Shown here: in pieces, positions 25,749-34,247 of the stretch
Numbering within the stretch: position 1 is the first letter of the stretch
How the letters are laid out: each line of letters opens with the position of its first letter
Source of the DNA: a virus
Lineage: Duplodnaviria; Caudoviricetes
DNA: 64,000 nt
IMG/VR virus record: IMGVR_UViG_3300027804_001810
Span: 10,771-74,770 of that record
Reading direction: 5' to 3' (one strand)
The notes under the pieces: model-generated
Databases searched by the model: none
What the model saw: only the letters and a program-made list of their open reading frames with translations
What the model was told of the DNA's origin: nothing
Program-made: the position numbers and the translations under genes

Positions 25749-26272
25749 TCGGTTTAGCGTCTCCTGTATTTGCAGAAGCACCATCTAATACGAATATTGC
25801 AGGACCCTCGGCATCTGCGACTGGCAATGTAACCAATCAGGCAGTACAGGTGCTTCAGGGTCCTTTTGCTGTGAATACTTATGGTGGTGGTGTTTCATGT
25901 CAAGGTCCAACATTAAACGTTCAGACTTTTGGATACAATAGTTTATCTGGTAGCACTGACCCAACTTCATATCAACAAAATTCTCTAAACACTGGTTTGT
26001 CGGCAGGTTTCTCTATTCCTCTTGATGGTTCATTTCAAGAACTTTGTAAGACAAGAGTTCGTACAGAGATTACAAGACAACAAGCAGAAGCAGATAAAGC
26101 AAGATTAGATTTTGAATTAGTCAGGCTATTGAAGTGTGGTGAAGCAATGAAGAATGGAATTTCATTTCACCCAGAGAGTCCTTATGCAAAAATCTGTGCT
26201 GATGTTGTTGTGAAGTATCCAAGAGTACAGGATGTAGCAAATGGAAATCAAACCAATCCAAATAAGAAGTGA
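25685..26272 (+). CDS. Secreted/outer-membrane-associated hypothetical protein with four Cys
   Basis: Signal-like LASPVFA; beta-strand segment GLSAGFSIPL followed by a coiled coil. Confidence 0.75.
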   Translation: MDRSQNGRRIYHKFYICLYTIIGLASPVFAEAPSNTNIAGPSASATGNVTNQAVQVLQGPFAVNTYGGGVSCQGPTLNVQTFGYNSLSGSTDPTSYQQNSLNTGLSAGFSIPLDGSFQELCKTRVRTEITRQQAEADKARLDFELVRLLKCGEAMKNGISFHPESPYAKICADVVVKYPRVQDVANGNQTNPNKK

Positions 26273-26915
26273 ACCCCCACCTATCATTCCAACGATAGAA
26301 CCTCCTGTAACTCGCAGAACAGGTAGAACTATTATACCTGAAATTGATATGCCCATCATTCATATGCCAGATACAACTATTAAGTATCCCGTGATTGATG
26401 TACCGACTCAAGAAGAGTTTGATGCTGCTGTCAGAGCAGAGCAGAGAAAACAACAGGAAGAGAAAGAAGAAAAGACAAGAGGACTTCCTGATGCTCAACC
26501 AGTTTTACCACAGGTTCAAGTTCCTCAAGAATCTGTACAAGACAAAATAATCAAAGAAACTAATACCACAAACACTAATTTAGGAGTGCCCGTCATTGAA
26601 GTACCAATCGTCGGGGAAGTTCCCATCCCACCTAAAGAACAAGTTATTCTTGCTGGCACCACTGCTACTGCTTCTGTCGCTGCGGCTCTTGTTGGCAAAT
26701 CTTTGGTGGAATGGATGGTAAATAAAATGAAACCGATTGTTCAACAGATATTTGTAAGGGGCAAGAAACTCTTAAGTAGAGACCTTACCCCTTATGAACT
26801 TCAGATATTCTTTGCGTTTGAGAAAAGTCAATCTCTCAAGAAAGTCAATAAGTTGCTGAAAAAAGAACAGAAGAATCAAAAGAAAGAACAATACAAAAGA
26901 TTTCACTCAAAGTGA
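26241..26915 (+). CDS. Pro-rich membrane-anchored hypothetical protein
   Basis: Pro/Ile-rich N-terminus, hydrophobic TATASVAAALVG segment, basic C-terminus. Confidence 0.75.
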   Translation: MEIKPIQIRSEPPPIIPTIEPPVTRRTGRTIIPEIDMPIIHMPDTTIKYPVIDVPTQEEFDAAVRAEQRKQQEEKEEKTRGLPDAQPVLPQVQVPQESVQDKIIKETNTTNTNLGVPVIEVPIVGEVPIPPKEQVILAGTTATASVAAALVGKSLVEWMVNKMKPIVQQIFVRGKKLLSRDLTPYELQIFFAFEKSQSLKKVNKLLKKEQKNQKKEQYKRFHSK

Positions 26916-27329
26916 TTACTTCTTACGCTTCGCATCCAGTTCAGCAAAGTTCTTGACCTTTGTTCCACCATCATAATTCCAAGCATAACCTTCAGCAATC
27001 ATTTGATTATTCAATGAGGTCTCTTGCCCATTAATAAACAAATGCCCGATGATTCTTCCATACTTCTCTGTACTGTCTGGAAGTTCGGTCTTGATAATAA
27101 TATCTTTAGCACCTTCAAGTTTTTTTTTCAACCATTCTTTTGATTCAAGACCCATTGCCTTCTCTTTGAGATCCGTTGTTCTACTTTCGGGAGTATCAAC
27201 CCCAGCAAGGCGAATTCTTTTTTCTAAACTTATAGAAAACCCCAAATCAATATCAGCATCAATCGTATCACCATCAACAACTTTATGAATCTCACGAATT
27301 CTGTAAATATATGGATCTTTATTTTCCAT
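26916..27329 (-). CDS. Thermonuclease (SNase-fold) family nuclease
   Basis: VVDGDTID, IRLAGVDTPES and KYGRIIG. Confidence 0.9.
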   Translation of the reverse strand: MENKDPYIYRIREIHKVVDGDTIDADIDLGFSISLEKRIRLAGVDTPESRTTDLKEKAMGLESKEWLKKKLEGAKDIIIKTELPDSTEKYGRIIGHLFINGQETSLNNQMIAEGYAWNYDGGTKVKNFAELDAKRKK

Positions 27330-27541
27330 CAGAAAGGTAATTTAAACTTCTCTGTATTTATCTTGGGGATAGGAAGTTTCTCAAATGCCTTGTTGACTTG
27401 TTTCTCTACAACAGCACCGACGAACTCTTCTGGGTTGTCCAGAATCTTTTGTGCTTTTTGATAAGTTACATAAGCACCATAACAAAGTGCTCCACTCACC
27501 GCCAGACTTGCCGCTGATAAAATAAGTGCTAGGTTCTTCAT
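27329..27541 (-). CDS. Small membrane-anchored hypothetical protein
   Basis: N-terminal TM. Confidence 0.7.
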   Translation of the reverse strand: MKNLALILSAASLAVSGALCYGAYVTYQKAQKILDNPEEFVGAVVEKQVNKAFEKLPIPKINTEKFKLPF

Positions 27542-28134
27542 TTCAGTAACTTCTCAATTGCGTTGTAGTAATAAACAGCATTATGGTCTTCTACACCATC
27601 AAATCTCTTATCATCAGCATCTTCTAAATGAATCTCTGGATGAGTATGAACATATCCAGTCAAGAAAGGTGGAGTTTTGGGAACAACATCATCACCGTGA
27701 ACAAAACGAAGATGCTCTACATTCTTCAGTCTTTCTTTCAAACCTCTACCACCTGGACGGGGAGAACCAATTGTGATGATTGCTAGGTCTGGTGCGGACT
27801 TAAGCATTAAATCAGCAACAACAGTCGCAGTCGCACCACCAAGAGAGTGTCCCGCAAGAATCAGTTTTCTACCCTTCTCAAGTGACTCAAAGTTTAATAC
27901 TAGTTCTGTAATCGTTCTGGTAGCATTATCCTTAAATCCTCTGTGAGTATCTTCACTACGGAATAAGAATTTTAGATTAGTTGCCCAGTCTGATGTTTCG
28001 TTGGTTCCCTCAATTGCGAGAATACAATATCCAGGAATACTTTTATCTACAATGAAATCATTCTTATCAGCATAAACATCAACACAGTTTTTAACTGCCT
28101 TTAGAATGACTTCTGTGGGTAGTGTCGTGTTCAT
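27538..28134 (-). CDS. Lipase class 3 (alpha/beta hydrolase)
   Basis: AIEGT, HRGF, GHSLGG nucleophile elbow, GSPRPG, DVVP and terminal His. Confidence 0.88.
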   Translation of the reverse strand: MNTTLPTEVILKAVKNCVDVYADKNDFIVDKSIPGYCILAIEGTNETSDWATNLKFLFRSEDTHRGFKDNATRTITELVLNFESLEKGRKLILAGHSLGGATATVVADLMLKSAPDLAIITIGSPRPGGRGLKERLKNVEHLRFVHGDDVVPKTPPFLTGYVHTHPEIHLEDADDKRFDGVEDHNAVYYYNAIEKLLK

Positions 28135-28243
28135 CTTTCATCTCCTCGTTTGCTAACCGTAGTATATAGTAAATGATATACGCAACAAAGATAAGTCCTG
28201 GACCAAGAATCGCCATCACTCCCCAAGGAAATTCTTGAGGCAT
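28091..28243 (-). CDS. Small single-TM peptide (50 aa), not in ORF track
   Basis: MPQEFPWGVMAILGPGLIFVAYIIYYILRLANEEMK...; the ATG overlaps the upstream stop. Confidence 0.55.
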   Translation of the reverse strand: MPQEFPWGVMAILGPGLIFVAYIIYYILRLANEEMKDEHDTTHRSHSKGS

Positions 28244-28989
28244 TAGAACTTACCTTCTACACAATAATCTGCTTTTTTATTTGGCGTATATTCCTTATGT
28301 CCTTCTTGTGGTTTCATCCAACCACATCCAATCAACCATTCCATCGTCATCGGAGTGGGTCTTACCTGCTCCCAGAGTGGTCCTTTCGCACACATTTCTA
28401 GGTGCTTTGCCGTTTGACCTAACTGTTCTTCTGCCCAGTTAGCATCTGCTTCCCATGGCACAGCACGACTCTGACCCATACTCTCATAAGATAGTTTAGT
28501 CATCTTCATTACCCAAGCAGGAATCTCAGAATCTTGATGGACTTGTGCCATAAAGGAAGTTTTAATTCCACCACCCATACAATCCTGAACGACGTGCCAT
28601 CCTTCGTGTCGAAGTGTTCCCAAAAACTCTCTAGGATCTTTCAGAAGTTCTTCATTGATGAAAAAACGATTGTATTCTGGTTTGTATAAACCTATCGTTC
28701 TTGGTGTAAAGTATCTACTAGGACCAATATAAACTGGAACGTTCAGTTTATTAAGTGCTACCAAAATAGATTTAATTTCTGTTCTGAAGTTATCGAACTC
28801 TTTGCCAGATAAAAATGCAGAGTCTGGTGTAAGTTGTTCGACTCCTTGTGTGCATTCTCTGAGTATCATACAACCCATTGCTGCAAGGCTGTATGCTGGA
28901 ACTGTTGGTTGTTTCTTTTCTATAGAATTAGCAAATGTTGGAAATGCTAAAGTTAATGATAGACCGAATGCTGTAAGGAGTTTTTTCAT
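28243..28989 (-). CDS. Secreted zincin-like (HExxH) hypothetical protein
   Basis: Signal peptide; TLRHEGWHVVQDCMGG; downstream E in WEADA. Confidence 0.65.
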   Translation of the reverse strand: MKKLLTAFGLSLTLAFPTFANSIEKKQPTVPAYSLAAMGCMILRECTQGVEQLTPDSAFLSGKEFDNFRTEIKSILVALNKLNVPVYIGPSRYFTPRTIGLYKPEYNRFFINEELLKDPREFLGTLRHEGWHVVQDCMGGGIKTSFMAQVHQDSEIPAWVMKMTKLSYESMGQSRAVPWEADANWAEEQLGQTAKHLEMCAKGPLWEQVRPTPMTMEWLIGCGWMKPQEGHKEYTPNKKADYCVEGKF

Positions 28990-29180
28990 TCTCGCCCCTC
29001 TTGTTTATGAATCCAGACCTTCAAATCTTTTACATACTTTCTTAATATTTCTGCTTGTGATAAGTGCCAGTCATCTCCCGTTTTAATATGTGCCTTGATG
29101 TGTTCGTCAATCGCATCAAGGCACTTTTTAATTACAGGATTCCAGGGTTCCCGAATTGGAGTATTCCATTCGCGTGGCAT
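28986..29180 (-). CDS. Conserved cyanophage hypothetical protein
   Basis: ORF coupled to its neighbours. Confidence 0.7.
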   Translation of the reverse strand: MPREWNTPIREPWNPVIKKCLDAIDEHIKAHIKTGDDWHLSQAEILRKYVKDLKVWIHKQEGRE

Positions 29181-29189
29181 AATACCTCA

Positions 29190-29303
29190 TTATTTTTTCT
29201 TACCACCGTTCTTAGCCTTTTTAGCAGTAGCATTGCCCTGGTTCTGCTTGGATTGTTTTCCTCCAGCAGAACCTTTCTTACCTTTATTAGCAGACTTGGA
29301 CAT
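29190..29303 (-). CDS. Lys/Gly-rich basic micro-protein (37 aa), not in ORF track
   Basis: MSKSANKGKKGSAGGKQSKQNQGNATAKKAKNGGKKK; the ATG overlaps the upstream stop. Confidence 0.6.
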   Translation of the reverse strand: MSKSANKGKKGSAGGKQSKQNQGNATAKKAKNGGKKK

Positions 29304-29641
29304 TATGCTCCTGTAGTGCGTGGTTGAACTTGACCTTCTTCAAGAGCTTCAACTCTTGCTTCAAGAGTTTGTGCTGCTACTTCAGGAGCAGGTGGTTCAG
29401 GCGGTGCTTCAACCACTACTTCTTCCCTTTTAGGTTCTTCTCTTTTTTCTTCTTCATCACCACCTTTCTTCATGGTATTAATACCAAAAGTAGCAGCAGA
29501 AGCAGTGAAGACGGTTGCAATGAAAGTTGGGTCCATCTTCGATAGAGCCCCAGCATAACTTGCGGTAAGAAGAGCAGCAGACCAACTCAGAATAGCAATA
29601 CGAATTAACATACCAACACGATTTTCTTTGTGTTTATCCAT
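29303..29641 (-). CDS. Two-TM membrane protein (holin-like topology possible)
   Basis: Two hydrophobic helices with a charged/Pro-rich tail; CTAAATA late-type motif upstream. Confidence 0.6.
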   Translation of the reverse strand: MDKHKENRVGMLIRIAILSWSAALLTASYAGALSKMDPTFIATVFTASAATFGINTMKKGGDEEEKREEPKREEVVVEAPPEPPAPEVAAQTLEARVEALEEGQVQPRTTGA

Positions 29642-29668
29642 CAGTCCGTGTGATGAAGTCTGTCTTAT

Positions 29669-30148
29669 TTAGTTAAAAATGTATTTAATTCCCATCCCAA
29701 AACGACCATTTGAGAAATCATCAGCAGCAGTGATATATTCTCCAAATAATTTCACATCTCTACCACCAGTCTCTCCACCAAGTATTACAATCGGATTATT
29801 CATATTTGTTCGGTCTTTATCTAAACCTAAATGATGAACAGAAAGTCCTGCATACACATTACTATGCTTTTCAATTGGTAAAAGAAACTTAACACCTGCA
29901 TGATTAAATCCCAATCCATCATCTTTTTCAGGAACACTACTTTGATGTTCTACAAATAATCTAACATTCTTATGAATGTCGTGCTGAATACCAAATACAC
30001 CTATAGGCTCTTTAAGATTAATTTGTTTTTTAGTTGTAGGTGTTGGACTTGCAGTGAATCCTATGTAAGTTTTAATCGGAGTTACTACACCAATTAATAT
30101 TGTAGATAAAACTAAGGCAACCGCATTTGCAGTGATTCCGATTTCCAT
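29669..30148 (-). CDS. Small outer-membrane beta-barrel-like protein
   Basis: Signal-like N-terminus, alternating beta-strands, C-terminal GMGIKYIFN. Confidence 0.5.
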   Translation of the reverse strand: MEIGITANAVALVLSTILIGVVTPIKTYIGFTASPTPTTKKQINLKEPIGVFGIQHDIHKNVRLFVEHQSSVPEKDDGLGFNHAGVKFLLPIEKHSNVYAGLSVHHLGLDKDRTNMNNPIVILGGETGGRDVKLFGEYITAADDFSNGRFGMGIKYIFN

Positions 30149-30151
30149 AAA

Positions 30152-32005
30152 TTAGAATCTGAATTTAATTTTGCCAGCAACAGAGTTGTTCGTGACTCCA
30201 TTATTTAACCCGTGAGACGCTTCAACAATTAACAATTCTTTATAATCGACAGCAGCAGTAACTCCATAAGAACTATCAGTTCCATAAGCACCTTCTACAC
30301 TTACACCAAACAGGTTATTTTTCTTACCACCAAAACGAGTTTCAAGTTTGAGACCTGCTTCACCAACGTGTGTGGTTTGGTTAAATTCATCAACACTTCT
30401 TGCAGACTGAACAGAACCACTTTCATTGTAAGCATTTCTTTTCACATTTTGAATAGTATAACCAACAAATGGTTTTACTGACTTATGAAGATGCCAGTAT
30501 AAACGATTAGAAACCCACCACTCATTTCCAGTCGTAGTGCCTTCGTTATAGAAAACTCCCCCAACATTTCTTCCATATCTATAATTACTATCTGCAATCG
30601 CAGCGTTTGTATTCAAAGTAAGAGTGTTACCGTGAAGAGTATTGAAAATACCATAATGATTTTTCTTCTGATGTGACTTTGAATCAACACCATCAAGAAC
30701 TATGTTAACTTGATTATACTGGAATCCAACTGTCCAACCTTTCGTAAGGTCCACTTCAATTCCACCACCAAAGATTTTAGAATCAGCAGTATATCCATCA
30801 GCATTATAAGATTGAACAAATCTGTTATTTTCAAATACTCTTACTTTTTCTTTTGTTCTTGATGGTTCGTGATTTAGAAGTCCATTGATACCATCATTGA
30901 TTCCATCAAGAACTTCTAACTGATCAATGCGTCCAAAATAATCTCTGGAAGCATATGCAACATTAACAGTTGCAGCACCAGATGTAACTACGGTAGGAGT
31001 GCCATCAGTATAGACTTTTGTATAAATTGGAGTGGTTGTAGTTGTAGTTGTTCTATAAGCATTAACTTTTTGTGTCCCACCATTTTCAGATTTTGTATGC
31101 TGAACTGAAGAAACTGCAGAAACATTATAAGTTCTGGTCTTAACCCAGTCAATTACATTTGTTTGAGTAATAACAGTTGTTCCAGCGTTATCATCTGTTG
31201 TGACTGTTGTTATAACTGGTGTCCCATTTGTTGTGGTGGTAGAACCATCAGACCAAGTTATAACAGTGACTGGCGTTGTTGTGGTCGTAACTGTGGTTGT
31301 TGGAATGGTTGTTACTGCACTATCAGTATAGTGAGTCTCAGTTTGATTACCGTCTGCATCAGTTCCCATCACATGTCTGTGTGGAGTTCCAGACGTAGTT
31401 CTTGTTCCATAAGTGGTTGATGTAGTAACAATACTATTACCAGGAGCACTAGAAACTTGAGTTGGTGGTGGAGGTGTTCCACCAGTTTCATAAATGTCAA
31501 GAATACCGTTTTGGTTAGCATCACCAGAAAGAGCAGATGCTGAAAGACTAACTGTGCTGGAAAGAATCACATTATCCATAGGCATCCAGTTTACTGTTGG
31601 AGCACCTGCAGCATTATAAGTAAACTGATAATCACCAGCGGAAAGTCCAGTAAAACTTACACCCTGCCAAGAATATGAAGTTTGAATACTTGGATCATAA
31701 GGGACTAATTGAGTTCCATTAGATGTAAAGTAGTTTGTTCCTGGAATCAAACCACTTGGCATAGTCTGCTGAATCAAAGTCCAGTTGACTGTTGTTGGGG
31801 AAAAACTAGTCCCGTTGATACCTTGTAAAGTTAAAGTACCTTCATTAAAAGTAGTTCCAGGATGCCAGTTACCATACCAGAAGGTAACGGATCCGTTACC
31901 TCCACCAACATATCCTATAGAGTTGGTGTGAGATAATGCTGCTGTTGGCACTCCAAGAAGAAGCGCAGACACTGCAGCCAGCGCCTTTTGCGTGTTGGTA
32001 GACAT
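30152..32005 (-). CDS. Autotransporter-like protein (passenger + Thr-rich linker + C-terminal beta-barrel)
   Basis: Signal peptide, Thr-rich stalk, amphipathic strands (IFGGGIEVDLTKGWTVGFQY, VKPFVGYT) and terminal KIKFRF. Confidence 0.65.
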   Translation of the reverse strand: MSTNTQKALAAVSALLLGVPTAALSHTNSIGYVGGGNGSVTFWYGNWHPGTTFNEGTLTLQGINGTSFSPTTVNWTLIQQTMPSGLIPGTNYFTSNGTQLVPYDPSIQTSYSWQGVSFTGLSAGDYQFTYNAAGAPTVNWMPMDNVILSSTVSLSASALSGDANQNGILDIYETGGTPPPPTQVSSAPGNSIVTTSTTYGTRTTSGTPHRHVMGTDADGNQTETHYTDSAVTTIPTTTVTTTTTPVTVITWSDGSTTTTNGTPVITTVTTDDNAGTTVITQTNVIDWVKTRTYNVSAVSSVQHTKSENGGTQKVNAYRTTTTTTTPIYTKVYTDGTPTVVTSGAATVNVAYASRDYFGRIDQLEVLDGINDGINGLLNHEPSRTKEKVRVFENNRFVQSYNADGYTADSKIFGGGIEVDLTKGWTVGFQYNQVNIVLDGVDSKSHQKKNHYGIFNTLHGNTLTLNTNAAIADSNYRYGRNVGGVFYNEGTTTGNEWWVSNRLYWHLHKSVKPFVGYTIQNVKRNAYNESGSVQSARSVDEFNQTTHVGEAGLKLETRFGGKKNNLFGVSVEGAYGTDSSYGVTAAVDYKELLIVEASHGLNNGVTNNSVAGKIKFRF

Positions 32006-32114
32006 AAAAATAAGGTAAGTTGGTGTGGTAGAAAATTCCTATGAACTACCAAACACAACTCACCTTGGTGTGGGTCTGAGCTGCAGTTTCAACTCAATGG
32101 TTGAAACTATTTAG

Positions 32115-32780
32115 TTATCCTTTCTTCCAGGCTTCACCTTCTGCCTTTCTTCTACGAGCAAGACCTGCTTCTACATTAGAACCAGGATTGCGATAGAGAT
32201 AAAGAGCATCAGGAACTAGGTCCCACTCTTTATTCTTCAGGCGTTTAGTAATAGTATTAAAGTTAGCACCGTTGTAAAAACCGGCACCAAGATTATAAGC
32301 AAAGCTGAGCAGAGCGCCTCTTTTTCCATCTGACATTTCACTCCAATGTGGAATTTTTCTTAAAGCAGGGAGAAACTCTTTCTTACACTGCTCAATGAGA
32401 AGTGAATCTGCTTCTGCCTGTGTGAGAGTATCACCAAGTTTAAATGCTGATCCATCCTTCTTGCGGGTAGATCCCCAACCAATTGTGATTGGCAGACCAC
32501 CAGTTAGAGGATCAGGATATGCCTTCAGATGACATCCTTCAAACTCTTTAATTAACTTGATGCCCATTTGTGGAACATCATCACCACCTGTTACTGGAGC
32601 TGCGGCAGCAGGGGCTGGCGCAGCACTAGTCTTTTTTCCTCTATAAATCTCCGCCCAGTCTACATTGTCCTCAAGGAACTTGACGGGTAGATTATCTTCT
32701 AACCACTGAACTGCTTTGACGTGGTTGGGGTTTCTTTCATCATAGAACTGAAAGAAATTGTGTAAGTCAACTCTTGCCAT
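32115..32780 (-). CDS. GH24 phage lysozyme (endolysin) with extra N-terminal domain
   Basis: IKEFEGCHLKAYPDP...TIGWGST, ALLSFAYNLG and GLARRRKAE. Confidence 0.93.
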   Translation of the reverse strand: MARVDLHNFFQFYDERNPNHVKAVQWLEDNLPVKFLEDNVDWAEIYRGKKTSAAPAPAAAAPVTGGDDVPQMGIKLIKEFEGCHLKAYPDPLTGGLPITIGWGSTRKKDGSAFKLGDTLTQAEADSLLIEQCKKEFLPALRKIPHWSEMSDGKRGALLSFAYNLGAGFYNGANFNTITKRLKNKEWDLVPDALYLYRNPGSNVEAGLARRRKAEGEAWKKG

Positions 32781-32905
32781 TGTTGCCTCCGAAGTATTTT
32801 TGATAAAGTTGATTTGCTTCTACGTGTTTACCGTGATTCGTCAGATCTTTGATACGTTGTAAGATCTTTCTCTTAAAATTAATCGAAGATTCTTCCCCAG
32901 CCATC
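32767..32905 (-). CDS. Small cyanophage hypothetical protein (start uncertain)
   Basis: FKRKILQRIKDLTNHGKHVEANQLYQKYF between the two lytic genes. Confidence 0.5.
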
Positions 32906-33550
32906 GTTGCCTCCTGGACACCAACGGTGCTTAAGAACTGCTTTGGTGTAGATGGTTTTTTTACCATTCGTCACAGGTCCAGTGTAGTTATCGTTGAGAG
33001 AACCATATGGATCATTTACAAAGTATCCTTTACCATCGGGAGTCTTACCGATTACAACACACATGTGCCCACCAGTAGGTGCAGAAAGAGAACCGCGATG
33101 CAGAATACCAATAACGACAGGTTTCCCAGCATCAAGACTTTTATCAATATCAGCAAAAGACAGATTGTAACTAAAGTGTGACTTAACTCCATAACCTGCC
33201 AAAACTTTTGTTTGGACAGCATGATCCGTCGTGTCACCAATCGCAAATACTTTCGTGACATATTCATCATCACCTTTGATGCTACCTGGCTTGAGGAAAG
33301 CAAGACACATAGCACACGATGAACTGTTACAAGTTCTATGTGCATCTCTATAGTTGTCTACTTGATTGAAATAAGGAACTGCGAGAACCTCTGGCGTAGG
33401 TGGTTTGGTTCTGAACATTCCAATCCAATCAGTTTCTGCATCATCCAGAAATTCAGCAGGTAGGTTATCCTCTAACCATTGAACTGCTGCTACATGATTT
33501 GAATTCTTTTCGTCGTAAAATTTAAAAAAATTGTGAAGGTCTAGTGTCAT
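32879..33550 (-). CDS. Peptidase C39-like protein with the N-terminal domain shared with the lysozyme
   Basis: PYFNQ, TCNSSSCAM (Cys), GGHMCVV (His) and NDPYG (Asp). Confidence 0.85.
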   Translation of the reverse strand: MTLDLHNFFKFYDEKNSNHVAAVQWLEDNLPAEFLDDAETDWIGMFRTKPPTPEVLAVPYFNQVDNYRDAHRTCNSSSCAMCLAFLKPGSIKGDDEYVTKVFAIGDTTDHAVQTKVLAGYGVKSHFSYNLSFADIDKSLDAGKPVVIGILHRGSLSAPTGGHMCVVIGKTPDGKGYFVNDPYGSLNDNYTGPVTNGKKTIYTKAVLKHRWCPGGNDGWGRIFD

Positions 33551-33728
33551 CTTCCTCTCCTATGAACTCTAATGAGAAAATATCATGATCTGGAATTTCG
33601 GGATTCAACCATTCACTAAATTCAGATTGAATCGCATGGGCATCTTCAATGTTCCTGTCACAGAGAGTATGAATGCGGTCAACTGCCCAATCATGAGTTG
33701 TCTGAAGGGTCTCTTCCAAAGTTACCAT
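33522..33728 (-). CDS. Conserved cyanophage hypothetical protein
   Basis: ORF track; overlaps with neighbours. Confidence 0.7.
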   Translation of the reverse strand: MVTLEETLQTTHDWAVDRIHTLCDRNIEDAHAIQSEFSEWLNPEIPDHDIFSLEFIGEEDDTRPSQFF

Positions 33729-34140
33729 AATCTTTTCGCATATAGCGTCCTAGAATATTGCTATTATAGTACGCGGGCGAACCATCGTCAAGAGACTCAA
33801 TCAACACATTATTTAGGAAAAGCTGTTTGGTTTCTTCGTAGTTGCATTGTCCTTTTGTTTTATGGAGGCTAAGTATTGTTCTGTCGCAGGATGATTTTCC
33901 CCAAATGTCAATATCGGATTTGAGTTCAGGACAGGAGCCGTAATATCTTTTCCAATCGGACTCTGACTTAACTTTTCTAGATTTTCCTCTTGGTGTGCGG
34001 AAAGACCAGAAATACTTTCGACCAATATAACTACGACCAGTTTTATTGCAATGAATATGATATACAAAACCAAAATTATCTTGAATATCAGAAGACTCAA
34101 AAATTTCCCCATTGAATCTCCAAGGGTTTTCATAACTCAT
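33691..34140 (-). CDS. GIY-YIG family nuclease (T4-like core)
   Basis: GFVYHI...TGRSYIGRK and YYGSC. Confidence 0.75.
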   Translation of the reverse strand: MSYENPWRFNGEIFESSDIQDNFGFVYHIHCNKTGRSYIGRKYFWSFRTPRGKSRKVKSESDWKRYYGSCPELKSDIDIWGKSSCDRTILSLHKTKGQCNYEETKQLFLNNVLIESLDDGSPAYYNSNILGRYMRKDYGNFGRDPSDNS

Positions 34141-34188
34141 ACTATGAATCTTTATGAGCTATTATTTATCTTCAACCCTAGCAAAGCG

Positions 34189-34230
34189 ATTCTAGCAATA
34201 AAAAAGCACCCCTGTCAAGAGGTGCTTTAA
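34189..34230 (-). promoter_or_regulatory. Terminator hairpin with embedded sigma70 promoter
   Basis: AAAGCACC...GGTGCTTTTT containing TTGACA(34218-34213)-N18-TGcTAGAAT. Confidence 0.65.
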
Positions 34231-34247
34231 GTTATGTTAGGATTTTA

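Noticed and set aside
25260-26498. Minus-strand ORFs over the plus-strand cassette
   Set aside because: The plus-strand ORFs have signal peptides, shared motifs and coupled junctions; the minus ones do not.
31100-31480. Thr-rich GTT/GTG-periodic tract as a repeat array or CRISPR
   Set aside because: Low-complexity protein linker; no identical repeat-spacer units. No CRISPR array or cas gene was seen anywhere in the window.
33813-34133. 106-aa hydrophobic alternative-frame ORF
   Set aside because: Fully nested in the GIY-YIG gene, with no independent support.
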